NCBI GenBank assembly: GCA_027339965.1
Contig: DAHWNL010000016.1
Location: 1-64,000, forward strand
DNA length: 64,000 bases
DNA from: Granulicella sp.
Lineage (GTDB): Bacteria; Acidobacteriota; Terriglobia; Terriglobales; Acidobacteriaceae
Reading direction: 5' to 3'
Shown: positions 8,820-18,087 of the stretch, in pieces
Layout of the letters: the number at the start of each line of letters is the position of its first letter
Numbering within the stretch: position 1 is the stretch's first letter
Program-made: the position numbers and the translations under genes
Notes under the pieces: model-generated
What the model was told of the DNA's origin: nothing
Seen by the model: only the letters and a program-made list of their open reading frames with translations
Databases searched by the model: none

Positions 8820-10904
8820 ATGGTCAAGGGATGGTTGGCGGTCGCCGCCTGGCTTTGTGCGGCGGCCGTAGCGGGCACGGCCCTGTGTCAGACGCCCAAA
8901 GAAGAGTCGACCGCGCCTTCGGACGGGAAGATGGCGAAGTCCTGGTGTTCCTGCGGCGCCCATCCGCCGGGTCCGGAGCCCGTATGGACGGCCAAGCCGT
9001 ATGCGAATGTACCGGAGGACCTGGAGCCGTACGCCAGGTTCGTTAAGCCATACAACTTCTATTACCTGCAACCGACGATCTGGAACGGGCCCGGACGAAA
9101 TGTACCCCCTCCCCGGAATCTGACCGAGGTGCGCATCGGTTTCGTGGGCCCCATCTCCCTGCACGACCCTGACTACGTCATGGGCATGCACATGTTGCAA
9201 GGCGTGCAACTGGCCATAGATGAAGCGAACGCCCGCGGCGGGTACGGTGGCAAGCCGTTCCGCCTGATGCTGCACGACGACTACAACAACTGGCAGGCAG
9301 GGGCAGTCGGCGGCAATGTCCGTCCCACCAACCCCGCCATCTGGGGCGCCGGCCTGGATCCAGCCGTCCAGTGCATCTACGACGACAAAGACTGGGCCAT
9401 CTTTGGCTCCATCAGCTCCGAGACTACGCATGAGATGCTGCGTCTGGCGCTCAAAGCCGAGATTCCCATCGTCAATTCAGCTTCCACGGATCCCACCATC
9501 CCCGAAACCTCCGTACCCTGGTACTTCACGGATCTGCAAGATGACCGCGTGCAGGGCTACACGCTGGCGCGCCGGATCTACACCCAGCTTGGCCTCAAAA
9601 GCGTTGCGATCCTGCGTGTGAACAACCGCTATGGCCGCATGGGTATTGTCAAATTTCACTCGGCCTCGCTCCGCCTCGGTCATCCCGTCATCATTGAACA
9701 GACATTTACGGCTGGGACCACCGATTTTTCGCGAGAGCTAAGAAACATCCAGGACTCGCGCGCCGACGCTATCGTCTTGTGGACCGACGAAGCTCCCGCA
9801 GCCATGATCTTGAAGCAGATGCGCGCCATGGGAATGAAACAGCCCGTCTTTGGCTCCTATCGCACTCTGGGCCCCACGTTGCTCGCCCAGGCTGGCTCGG
9901 CGGCGGAGGGATTTGAAGCTGTGTTTCCCTACGATCCCACCCGCACAGACCCGAACTGGATAGACTTCAATCGTCGCTTCGAAGCCCGCTTCCATGAAGC
10001 GCCCGATCAGCTTGCGTCCCTTGCCTACGATGCCATGAACATCCTGCTCGACTCCATCTGCAGAGCCGGCCTGAATCGTGTGCGCATCCAGGACGCCCTG
10101 GACGATGTGCGGCAGTATGACGGCGTCACCGGGCACATGGTCTTCGATCCCAACCGGAAGAATGTGGCGCCCATGTACCTGGGCACAGTGCATGATGGAA
10201 AGATCACCTACCGGCTCGCTCCCATGTCGAAGTCACAGACCGCGGAGCAGGCCCCAGAACAGGACACAGAGCAGGTCCCAGAACAGAAAACAGAGCAGGC
10301 CCCCGCCGCAAAGGCCCGTGCAGGTCAACTTGCCGCTGCGCACCCTGTGCCGGCGCCCACTCCCTATGCACGCGTGGGTGAGGACGGCATTCATTACTTC
10401 GGACCAGCACAGGCCAGCGTTCCTCGCGGCCCCTTGCGCGCCGTCCTCTTCGGCCCCCAGGCCGAAAAACTGGCGCATTCGCCCGCAATCAAAGCGCAGC
10501 TAGCCGCAGCCGCACAGAGGGGGCGAGCATGGCTGCTCCTACCCGTGGACAGCGACCAACAGTGGGGCGTTGCTTCAACTCAATTGGTCCGTTCCTTGTG
10601 GAACGAGCACGCTCTGGCGATCATTGCTCTCGGCCGCAAAGCCGGCCATCTGTCGGAGCAACTGGCGCTGAAGACCTTCGTCCCGGTTGTGGCTGTTTCC
10701 GACGACCGAACGCTCACCTCGGCGGCGGTGCCGTGGATCTTTCGCCTGCCGACTGGAACTTCCGCCCTGGCGGCACTGCGCCTGCTCACCGACGCCGAAG
10801 CCCGCGGTGGGCCGAACCCCGAGCGGGTAAGGGATGTGCTGGCCTCGGGAGATCCGATCTCTGGATTCGCCTTTCTTCCCAGCGGAGATCCACGCGTGCA
10901 ATAG
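8820..10904 (+). CDS. Exported LivJ-like (type I periplasmic binding fold) ligand-binding protein with a second, partial binding-protein domain
   Basis: Signal peptide; VRIGFVGP..GVQLAIDEANARGG..GKP, AYDAMNIL, YDGVTGHMVFD; C-terminal partial repeat after low-complexity linker. Confidence 0.8.
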   Translation: MVKGWLAVAAWLCAAAVAGTALCQTPKEESTAPSDGKMAKSWCSCGAHPPGPEPVWTAKPYANVPEDLEPYARFVKPYNFYYLQPTIWNGPGRNVPPPRNLTEVRIGFVGPISLHDPDYVMGMHMLQGVQLAIDEANARGGYGGKPFRLMLHDDYNNWQAGAVGGNVRPTNPAIWGAGLDPAVQCIYDDKDWAIFGSISSETTHEMLRLALKAEIPIVNSASTDPTIPETSVPWYFTDLQDDRVQGYTLARRIYTQLGLKSVAILRVNNRYGRMGIVKFHSASLRLGHPVIIEQTFTAGTTDFSRELRNIQDSRADAIVLWTDEAPAAMILKQMRAMGMKQPVFGSYRTLGPTLLAQAGSAAEGFEAVFPYDPTRTDPNWIDFNRRFEARFHEAPDQLASLAYDAMNILLDSICRAGLNRVRIQDALDDVRQYDGVTGHMVFDPNRKNVAPMYLGTVHDGKITYRLAPMSKSQTAEQAPEQDTEQVPEQKTEQAPAAKARAGQLAAAHPVPAPTPYARVGEDGIHYFGPAQASVPRGPLRAVLFGPQAEKLAHSPAIKAQLAAAAQRGRAWLLLPVDSDQQWGVASTQLVRSLWNEHALAIIALGRKAGHLSEQLALKTFVPVVAVSDDRTLTSAAVPWIFRLPTGTSALAALRLLTDAEARGGPNPERVRDVLASGDPISGFAFLPSGDPRVQ
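10245..10303 (+). repeat. In-frame 24-nt tandem repeat (~2.5 copies) encoding EQAPEQDT-EQVPEQKT-EQAP linker
   Basis: gagcaggccccagaacaggacaca / gagcaggtcccagaacagaaaaca / gagcaggcccc. Confidence 0.85.
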
Positions 10905-10967
10905 GTCTCAGATGCTGGTGACCGATCCGCACGCCCACCCTCCGGAATACAAAGCAACAGGAAAAGC

Positions 10968-12410
10968 CTACAGCCACTTCATCCAGCCGCTGGCGGGCAG
11001 GTCTGGAGACAGGAAGTTGGCGGCGCTCCCTGTGGCGCGCGCTACAGCCTCGGCGGCCAGACGGCCGCTGCGCACGGCCCCCTCCATGGTCGAAGGCCAG
11101 CCGGACTGGGTCCAGTCGCCGGCCAGATAAAGATGATCGCCAGCAGCCTCCGCGTTGGGGCGGAAGCGGTCCAGACCGGGAGTTACAGAGAAGGTAGCGC
11201 GAGCCTCCTTGAGCACTGCGGACTTGAGCACCTTGGCCTGGCTGACCGCGGGAAAGAAGCTGGCCAGCTCAGTCAATGCTGAATGAAGAATCTGCTTCGG
11301 GGTCTGCTCAAGCTCCGCGTGTGAGGCGCTTACCACCAGCTCGACGTTGTATCCCGACGCAGGAGTCTCCCGGCTCTCCCGGCTGCGGATCCGTGTCTTG
11401 TTGAAGATCCACTGGATGCGGGTATCCAGAAGGGCCGCGTGATCGAGATCGGTGATCTCGCGATCCAGCCACAGGTGAACTGTCGTGATGGGCGAATGTG
11501 TGAAGCGGGAGAGCAAGGGCAGAATGCGCTCGCGCTGCGGCGACCCCTCTGGGAGCGTAGCCAGCAGCCGCGCGGTCTGCTCAAATGGCAGGGCGAGGAT
11601 CAGGTCTGGTGCGGTGTGCCGCGTAACCTGCCCGGCGCCATCCGAAATCACGGCCTGCCATAAACCACCGGGCAGCATTTCGAGACTCTCTACACTGGCG
11701 CGATAACTCAGCCTTGCTCCCTGCTGCTCGGCCAGCCGAGCCACCTGGCCATAGAACTCCGAGAGCGGCTGGGAGGGTATGCCGAAGCGGCCTCCAGCGG
11801 CGGATCTCAGAAAAGACTCATAAAAGACCTGGCCGGCATAACGAGTGGAGCACCGCTCGAAGGTGTCATTCAACGTGCCAACGACGATGGGCTCCCAGAA
11901 GTGGCGAATGGCGCGTTCTGTCTGGCCAGTACGCTTCAGCCAGACGGAAAACGCCTCATCGTCTTCTGTCGGATAGCCGCGGAGAAAACCCAATAGGCCG
12001 AGGGCGATGCGAAACTTGTCGGCTAAAGAGAGCATGGGAGCGCGCAAAAAGCTCACCGCATTGTGGGCCGGCGCCGGCAGCAAGCCTGCCGTGATCTCGC
12101 TGCGTCGTTGGGGAACTTCGGTCCGGAATGGTTCAAGAAAGGTGATGCTGTCGTACCAGCGAATGTGCTCGGAGGCGCCCGAGAGCCGACAAAGATCCAC
12201 CAGATTGGTGCAGCAGCCCAGCAGCACATGCTGCGAGTCGATGACCTCGCCCAGAGCGGGGTGGGTATAGGAGTAGGCGCGGCCTCCGGCGAAGGGTTTG
12301 CGCTCCAGCAAGGATACGCCGGCTCCCGCCCCGGAGAGAGCAACCGCGGCAGCCAGGCCCGCCGCTCCTGCGCCGATGACCAGAACATCCGGCATGGGGG
12401 AATGAGTCAT
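10968..12410 (-). CDS. hpnE: Hydroxysqualene dehydroxylase HpnE
   Basis: VIGAGAAGLAAA FAD motif, IDSQHVLLGCC, EARATF, LAGDWT..GWPSTMEGAVRSG; downstream of hpnC/hpnD; ATG at 12410 overlaps hpnD stop. Confidence 0.9.
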   Translation of the reverse strand: MTHSPMPDVLVIGAGAAGLAAAVALSGAGAGVSLLERKPFAGGRAYSYTHPALGEVIDSQHVLLGCCTNLVDLCRLSGASEHIRWYDSITFLEPFRTEVPQRRSEITAGLLPAPAHNAVSFLRAPMLSLADKFRIALGLLGFLRGYPTEDDEAFSVWLKRTGQTERAIRHFWEPIVVGTLNDTFERCSTRYAGQVFYESFLRSAAGGRFGIPSQPLSEFYGQVARLAEQQGARLSYRASVESLEMLPGGLWQAVISDGAGQVTRHTAPDLILALPFEQTARLLATLPEGSPQRERILPLLSRFTHSPITTVHLWLDREITDLDHAALLDTRIQWIFNKTRIRSRESRETPASGYNVELVVSASHAELEQTPKQILHSALTELASFFPAVSQAKVLKSAVLKEARATFSVTPGLDRFRPNAEAAGDHLYLAGDWTQSGWPSTMEGAVRSGRLAAEAVARATGSAANFLSPDLPASGWMKWL

Positions 12411-13441
12411 CCCAGACATCTTATCCATAGGGACTCCGCCATGCCCTTGGCCAGGATGGCCAGCTTGCGCGCTTTGGGAACCGAGACGCGCTTTTGAAAG
12501 ACAGCCTCCGGGTGAGCGGCGATTCGCTCCAGCAGTTCGCGGTAGATCTGGGCCAGCACACGCATGGCCGGACGGGCCTCCGGATCCAGCAGCGGAATCA
12601 GATCTGCGGAGCTGAGGTAGTACTCACGAGCACGTTCGATCTCCATCCGCAACAAATCTCTCGTGGCGGCGTCGACCGGAGAACCCGCACAGACCCTGCA
12701 GATAGCCTCAACACTGCTGCCCGTCTGCCGAAGCGCGTCCTGGGGCAGGTAGATGCGTCCGCGTTCAGCGTCTTCGCGCACGTCGCGCAGGATATTAGTG
12801 AGCTGAAAGGCGATGCCGGTGCGCTCGGCCAACTCCTCGGCGCGTGGGTCGGCGTAGCCAAAGATACGAATACAGACCAGGCCAACCACCGAAGCCACTA
12901 GATAGCAGTACCGGTAGAGATCACTGAAGGTATCGTAGACGTCCAGCGAACGCGCGGCGCCAGCCTGACCTGCCTCGGTTCCCGCGCTGCCGAGTTCAGG
13001 GCCAGAGACTTTCGGATCAATGGTCAAGCGCGTCACGCCGGGTTGAACCGGCTGCAAGTCGAGTGTGGTTCCCTGCACCAGCTTTTCCAGCAGCTCATCA
13101 GAGATGCCAAAGCGCCGCTGCGTATCATTCAGAGCCATGAAGATAGGATCGGAGACGACCGCGGCGGAACGAGCCTCGCGCCAGTTGGCCGTCCAGGCAG
13201 CCATGGCCTCACGGCGGGCTTCCACAGAGAGCGTCTCGTCATCGGCCAGGTCGTCCGCCTTGCGCATGAAGGCGTACACGGCGCACATGGCGTTGGATTT
13301 GTTCTTTGGCAGCACACAGAAGGAGTAGTAGAAGTTCTTGGCCTCGCGTCTGGCGATCGTGCGGCAGAACCCATAGGCGGCCTTCAGCTCGGGAGACTGC
13401 GGCTGCGAAGCACTTTGGCGCGGCATGGATTCAGCACTCAT
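12407..13441 (-). CDS. hpnD: Presqualene diphosphate synthase HpnD (phytoene/squalene synthase family)
   Basis: NFYYSF, YAFMRKADDLADD, YCYLVASVVG, QLTNILRDVREDAERGRIYLP. Confidence 0.88.
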   Translation of the reverse strand: MSAESMPRQSASQPQSPELKAAYGFCRTIARREAKNFYYSFCVLPKNKSNAMCAVYAFMRKADDLADDETLSVEARREAMAAWTANWREARSAAVVSDPIFMALNDTQRRFGISDELLEKLVQGTTLDLQPVQPGVTRLTIDPKVSGPELGSAGTEAGQAGAARSLDVYDTFSDLYRYCYLVASVVGLVCIRIFGYADPRAEELAERTGIAFQLTNILRDVREDAERGRIYLPQDALRQTGSSVEAICRVCAGSPVDAATRDLLRMEIERAREYYLSSADLIPLLDPEARPAMRVLAQIYRELLERIAAHPEAVFQKRVSVPKARKLAILAKGMAESLWIRCLG

Positions 13442-14454
13442 GCGATACGATCCTTACCAGCCGGCGGTTCTACCGCGGCGCGGCGCGGCAGAGCCGCCAG
13501 CAGCTTGCCCGCCAGCGCCCCTGCGAACAGCCGCAGCTTGGTAGCCTTGGAGACGACCGGGCGAGACTGCAGGGTGTCATAGCCCTGCGCGGCAATGGCA
13601 TCCAGAATGGCATTGCCGCCTTTGACGAACAGCCGCAGACTGGAGGCCAGATCCCCGCCAACCATCGTCGTGAGGCGCCCTCCGCGGTTCAGGCGAGCGC
13701 GAGCGTCGGCAACCAGGAATTCCATCATGGCCCGCACGTTGGCATCAAAGCGACGGGCGATGAGCTGGTCATCCGATACATGGAAGCGACGCATGGCGTC
13801 GGCTGGGATATAGCGGCGTCCGCGAGCCCGATCTTCGACGATGTCCTGATAGAAGTTCGCCAGTTGCAGGCCCGTACAAATCTCATCGGAGAGCCGCAGG
13901 AGCTCTTCGGAGCGATAGCCGCAAACCATCAGCACAAGACGCCCTACGGGATTGGCCGAGCAGCGCGAGTACGATTCCAGGGTCTCCAGAGACTCGTGAT
14001 GGGTATAAACCTGGTCCTGCTCGAAGGCCGAGATCAGATCTTCAAAGGGTTCGATGGGAAGGTTGCACTGCGCAATGGTAGGTTGCAGAGCGACGTAGAC
14101 AGGGTGCCGCGAACGCTCCGGCTGCAGGAAGCACTGCCGCAGCATGGCCCTCCAGGTGGAGAGCAGCCGCGTAGCCGTGTCCCTGTCCGCCACCTCATCC
14201 CCAAGATCATCCGAGGTCCGACAGAAGGCATAGACGCTGTGGAAGTGTGGGCGCAACGCCGCAGGAAGAACCAAGGCGGCCACGTGGAAGTTCTCATAAT
14301 GCGTCGTGGCCAGCATCTTGCACCATGCCTGCGCCTCCGCCAGCGAGGGGCGCGTGGCCGGCGTCAGGTACACCGAGGGCGCACCCAGAAGCCGGTCGTC
14401 CCACCCCTCGGGCAAGCCGGTAACAACCGCCGGGTTGTCGGAGCGCGGGTTCAT
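13438..14454 (-). CDS. hpnC: Squalene synthase HpnC
   Basis: HYENFHVA, YAFCRTSDDLGDE, DLISAFEQD, SANPVGRLVL, LQLANFYQD. Confidence 0.92.
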   Translation of the reverse strand: MNPRSDNPAVVTGLPEGWDDRLLGAPSVYLTPATRPSLAEAQAWCKMLATTHYENFHVAALVLPAALRPHFHSVYAFCRTSDDLGDEVADRDTATRLLSTWRAMLRQCFLQPERSRHPVYVALQPTIAQCNLPIEPFEDLISAFEQDQVYTHHESLETLESYSRCSANPVGRLVLMVCGYRSEELLRLSDEICTGLQLANFYQDIVEDRARGRRYIPADAMRRFHVSDDQLIARRFDANVRAMMEFLVADARARLNRGGRLTTMVGGDLASSLRLFVKGGNAILDAIAAQGYDTLQSRPVVSKATKLRLFAGALAGKLLAALPRRAAVEPPAGKDRIA

Positions 14455-15620
14455 CGCTGCCGCCCTCCAGACATCCCCTCCGAAATCTCTTCAGTGACCC
14501 GGCCTCCGGCCTGCGTGGCGACAGCCTCCGCAGCGCCGCTCGGCAAGCCGCCGGGGAAGATGATCGTCTTGATTTCAGGCGTCACTCCGTCCGCCGGCCG
14601 GGTCATCATCGCGCGGAAGACCTTGGGAAGATCTTCAATCGTGGCCGCTCCGGTATGAAAGTCATGCGCACGGAACCTTCCGGAGACGATGAGATCAAAG
14701 GCGCATCGAGCTGTAGCGGGAGTGTGGTGAAAGCTGGCCTTGAGAGTCAGATCCGAGTAGTGGATGAGATTGGTGTCGAGAGCCACGGTAGTGCCACTCG
14801 GGGGTCCTCCGAAGAGATTGATCAAACCTCCCTTGCGCGCCATCCGCACCGCCCACTGCCAGGCCTCCGGCGTCGCCACAGCCTCCAGGACAATGTCCGC
14901 GCCCCGGCCCTCCGGGGTCAGCGCGCGGGCAGCGGCGATCGGGTCCGGGACATCCGAGATGCGCACGACATCTCCCGCTCCAAAGTGGCGCGCTGTGGCG
15001 ATCTGGTCTCTGCGCTTCACCACGGCGATAACCCGCAGGCCCGCCAGCGACGCTGCATGGATGAAGAGCAAGCCAATCGGTCCTGCGCCCAGGACGATGG
15101 CCGTCTTTCCTTTCGACTCTCCACCATCGGCTGCGAAGGAGACTCCGGACTCCTCCAGTCCGCGAATGACGCAGGCCAGCGGCTCGGTGAGAGCAGCGTC
15201 CTCAAAGCTGAGGCTATCTGGAAGATGCAGAGTGTTCTTCTCCACGATCCTGGCCGGAATGCGAATGAACTCCGCGTAAGCCCCATTGTTGAACAAAAGG
15301 TTGTCACAAAGGTTCTGTTGCTGGTTCCGGCAAAAGAAACACTGGTCGCAGGGTGCGGAGTTGAGCGGAACCACACGGTCGCCCACCGAAAAGGCAGTGA
15401 CTCCCTGGCCCCGCTCGAACACGGTGCCGGCCAGTTCGTGGCCGAAGAGGCGGTCCAGTGTCAGCATCTTGGCGTGATAACCCCGGCGGTAGACCTTCAG
15501 GTCCGTGCCACAGGTGAGGGCTGCACCAACCCGCACGACCAACTCCCCCGGCCCGGCTGAGGGTATTGGCACGTCCTCGATGCGCAGATCCTCCTGGCCA
15601 CGCAGAACGGCGGCTCTCAT
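14451..15620 (-). CDS. Zinc-dependent medium-chain alcohol dehydrogenase
   Basis: CGTD, GHE, CDQCFFC...C structural Zn cluster, GAGPIG NAD motif; ATG at 15620 chosen (MRAAVL). Confidence 0.9.
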   Translation of the reverse strand: MRAAVLRGQEDLRIEDVPIPSAGPGELVVRVGAALTCGTDLKVYRRGYHAKMLTLDRLFGHELAGTVFERGQGVTAFSVGDRVVPLNSAPCDQCFFCRNQQQNLCDNLLFNNGAYAEFIRIPARIVEKNTLHLPDSLSFEDAALTEPLACVIRGLEESGVSFAADGGESKGKTAIVLGAGPIGLLFIHAASLAGLRVIAVVKRRDQIATARHFGAGDVVRISDVPDPIAAARALTPEGRGADIVLEAVATPEAWQWAVRMARKGGLINLFGGPPSGTTVALDTNLIHYSDLTLKASFHHTPATARCAFDLIVSGRFRAHDFHTGAATIEDLPKVFRAMMTRPADGVTPEIKTIIFPGGLPSGAAEAVATQAGGRVTEEISEGMSGGRQR

Positions 15621-15820
15621 GGTGTGGCGAACGCCTTCCTCCCGCCTGTCGCCTTGCTGGACAGATCGAACCATCTCTCTATCATCTCATCCCGCGCCAC
15701 CCGTAGGATGAAGCAAAGCCTCGGTTTGGCGACGCGCAAGGTTGCGCCCGGAAACGCTCTGAACCTGGAGAGCGAGCTGTGAAGATGCCGCATCTGATAC
15801 CCTGAGCGAAGCGCGATTCC

Positions 15821-16600
15821 ATGAGAATTTTCTCGCCAGAGGCCTACGCGAAAACCGTCGTCGCTTCCGTGCAGGAGTACTCCCTGCTGTGCGCGCGAGC
15901 CGTCGCCAACATCTTCTCCCGGCCACGGTACATGGCCGATATCTACACGCAGATGGACTCCATCGGCGCCGGCTCACTGCCCATCGTCGTGCTCACCGGC
16001 TTCTTTACCGGCTGCGTGCTTGCGCTGCAGTCTGCCGTCAACCTCAGAGTATTTGGCGCGGTCAATATGACCGGCGAGTTGGTCACGCTGGCCATGATCA
16101 AGGAACTGGGCCCGGTATTGACCGGGCTGATGATCTCCGGACGCAACACCTCGGGCATGGCCAGCGAAATCGGCTCCATGAACGTCACCGAGCAGCTCGA
16201 CGCCATGCGAGCGCTGGGAACCGATCCGATACGCAAACTGGTCACGCCCCGCCTGGTCGCCACCGTCTTCATGGTGTTCTTTCTCACCATCATCTCCGAC
16301 GCCTGCGGCATCGGAGGCGGAGCCTTCGTCGCCGTGAATATGCTCAAGCTCAACGCCGGGCAGTTCTTCCATACCGGATACATGTCCCTGGAGCATGGCG
16401 ACATCGTCGAGGGCCTGGTCAAGCCTCTCTTCTCCGGGTTCATCATTGCAACCATCGGATGCTACTACGGGCTGAGAACAACGGGCGGAACCCGTGGCGT
16501 GGGCCAGGCGACGACCCAGGCTGTGGTCTCTTCCTCCGTGCTGATTATTCTGGTCGATTTCCTGGTCACTCAACTCATGATAGGCATCTTCGGAAGGTAG
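15821..16600 (+). CDS. mlaE: MlaE-family ABC transporter permease
   Basis: IKELGPVLT, ASEIGSMNVTEQLDAMRALGTDP, GVGQATTQAVV. Confidence 0.9.
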   Translation: MRIFSPEAYAKTVVASVQEYSLLCARAVANIFSRPRYMADIYTQMDSIGAGSLPIVVLTGFFTGCVLALQSAVNLRVFGAVNMTGELVTLAMIKELGPVLTGLMISGRNTSGMASEIGSMNVTEQLDAMRALGTDPIRKLVTPRLVATVFMVFFLTIISDACGIGGGAFVAVNMLKLNAGQFFHTGYMSLEHGDIVEGLVKPLFSGFIIATIGCYYGLRTTGGTRGVGQATTQAVVSSSVLIILVDFLVTQLMIGIFGR

Positions 16601-16603
16601 CTG

Positions 16604-17440
16604 ATGACCGCGACGGCTGAGAATCCGTGGATGGCGGAGTTTCTCTCCAGGGGTGGCCCTATGGTCGCGTTCGAGAACGTCTCGATCGGCTTTGAAGGGA
16701 ACCCCGTCCTGAGAGACGTAAGCTTTCAAGTCGCGCTGGGAGAGACCCGAATCCTGCTCGGTCCGGCCGGCGGCGGCAAGAGCGTTCTCATGAAGCTCGT
16801 CAACGGGCTGCTGACGCCTGACCGCGGCCAGATTCGCGTCTTCGGCCGCTTACTGAGCGAGATGAACGAAGATGAGATCTTCCAGATGCGCGCTCACATC
16901 GGCATGGTCTTCCAGGAAAGCGCCCTGTTTGACTCTCTCAGCGTGGAGGACAACGTGGCCTATCGGCTGGAAGAAGATCGTGTCGATCCCACGGAGATTC
17001 GTGAGCGCGTGCTGGAGGTGCTTCACTTTGTCGGTCTCGAAGATGCCATCAAGAAGTTTCCTGCCGAGCTGAGCGGAGGCATGCGGCGGCGCGTCTCCAT
17101 CGCGCGCGCGATCGTTGGACGTCCCGAGTTGCTCCTCTATGATTCACCTACCGGAGGACTGGATCCGATTACCTCCTCCACCATCATCGAGCTGGTGGTC
17201 AAGCAGAGAGATGTCTCCGGAGCCACATGTCTGCTGATTACGCATCGGCTGCAGGATGCGTTCACCTTGGCAACGCATCGTTACAATCTGCACGAGAACC
17301 GTATGGAACCCATCCCGAATCACCGAGTCGATCCAGGCACCCGTTTCCTGGTGCTCAATGAGGGGCGAGTGGTCTTTGACGGGACGACGTTGGAGCTTAC
17401 TCATACCGAAGATCCATGGCTGCGGGAGTTCATCCAGTAG
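16604..17440 (+). CDS. mlaF: MlaF-family ABC ATP-binding protein (Walker B Glu replaced by Ser)
   Basis: GPAGGGKS, GMVFQESALFDSL, LSGGMRRR, LLLYDSPTGGLDP, ITH. Confidence 0.88.
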   Translation: MTATAENPWMAEFLSRGGPMVAFENVSIGFEGNPVLRDVSFQVALGETRILLGPAGGGKSVLMKLVNGLLTPDRGQIRVFGRLLSEMNEDEIFQMRAHIGMVFQESALFDSLSVEDNVAYRLEEDRVDPTEIRERVLEVLHFVGLEDAIKKFPAELSGGMRRRVSIARAIVGRPELLLYDSPTGGLDPITSSTIIELVVKQRDVSGATCLLITHRLQDAFTLATHRYNLHENRMEPIPNHRVDPGTRFLVLNEGRVVFDGTTLELTHTEDPWLREFIQ

Positions 17441-17651
17441 CCTCTTCCCGGATCCCCCGCGGCCGTGCGGCTTCGCCGGAGATGGGTCGGCATTCTCCTC
17501 CGCGTATCCTTCGTATCCCTCTTCAGGAAGCTTCGGAATCGAGCGCGGAATCACTCCAACCCAGCTCAGCCCGGACGGCTCCATGGAACTCGTCCAGACC
17601 ATGTTCCCACGATGAATCGCACGAGACTCGGATCAGGGACCAGCAGAAGAA

Positions 17652-18005
17652 TCAGGCGAAGAAATTGATCTGATGGCCTTTCGTCCGGCCTCCGCCGGCG
17701 TCCGCTTCGGGCTCGTCCGCGCCACAATTCTCGCCGTCGCCGGCACCCTCCGGGTTCGCAGAGGCCTCAGAGCTGCCCGAGTCCTTCGGATTGGATGACT
17801 CAGCGAAGGATCCCGGATTGTCTGGGTCCACGCTGTCCCTGCGATGGCCGGGCGAGTAGACGGCGGCCGCATCGCGAGGCGTGTCCGGAGTAGGGTTCTC
17901 GACAGATCCCTCCGCGCGAACCACCGGCTGAGGCGGCTCAATCAGCGGTTCCTCCGGCCGCGCAAGGCCGGCGATGGAGATCTCCGGGGTGGGAACGGTA
18001 GCCAT
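17652..18005 (-). CDS. Hypothetical acidic low-complexity protein
   Basis: GAGGTG RBS before ATG; 117 aa rich in P/E/D/S/G; ends GHQINFFA. Confidence 0.55.
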   Translation of the reverse strand: MATVPTPEISIAGLARPEEPLIEPPQPVVRAEGSVENPTPDTPRDAAAVYSPGHRRDSVDPDNPGSFAESSNPKDSGSSEASANPEGAGDGENCGADEPEADAGGGRTKGHQINFFA

Positions 18006-18087
18006 GCGAGTGCACCTCGGCTCCGGGTGTTGCCAGATTCACAGGAGTTCTATCGGCAAAAACGCGCGGTAGCAGCAGCCGGAGTCA

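Noticed and set aside
17144..17602. Minus-strand 152-aa ORF
   Set aside because: Overlaps about 300 nt of mlaF antisense and has no family motif
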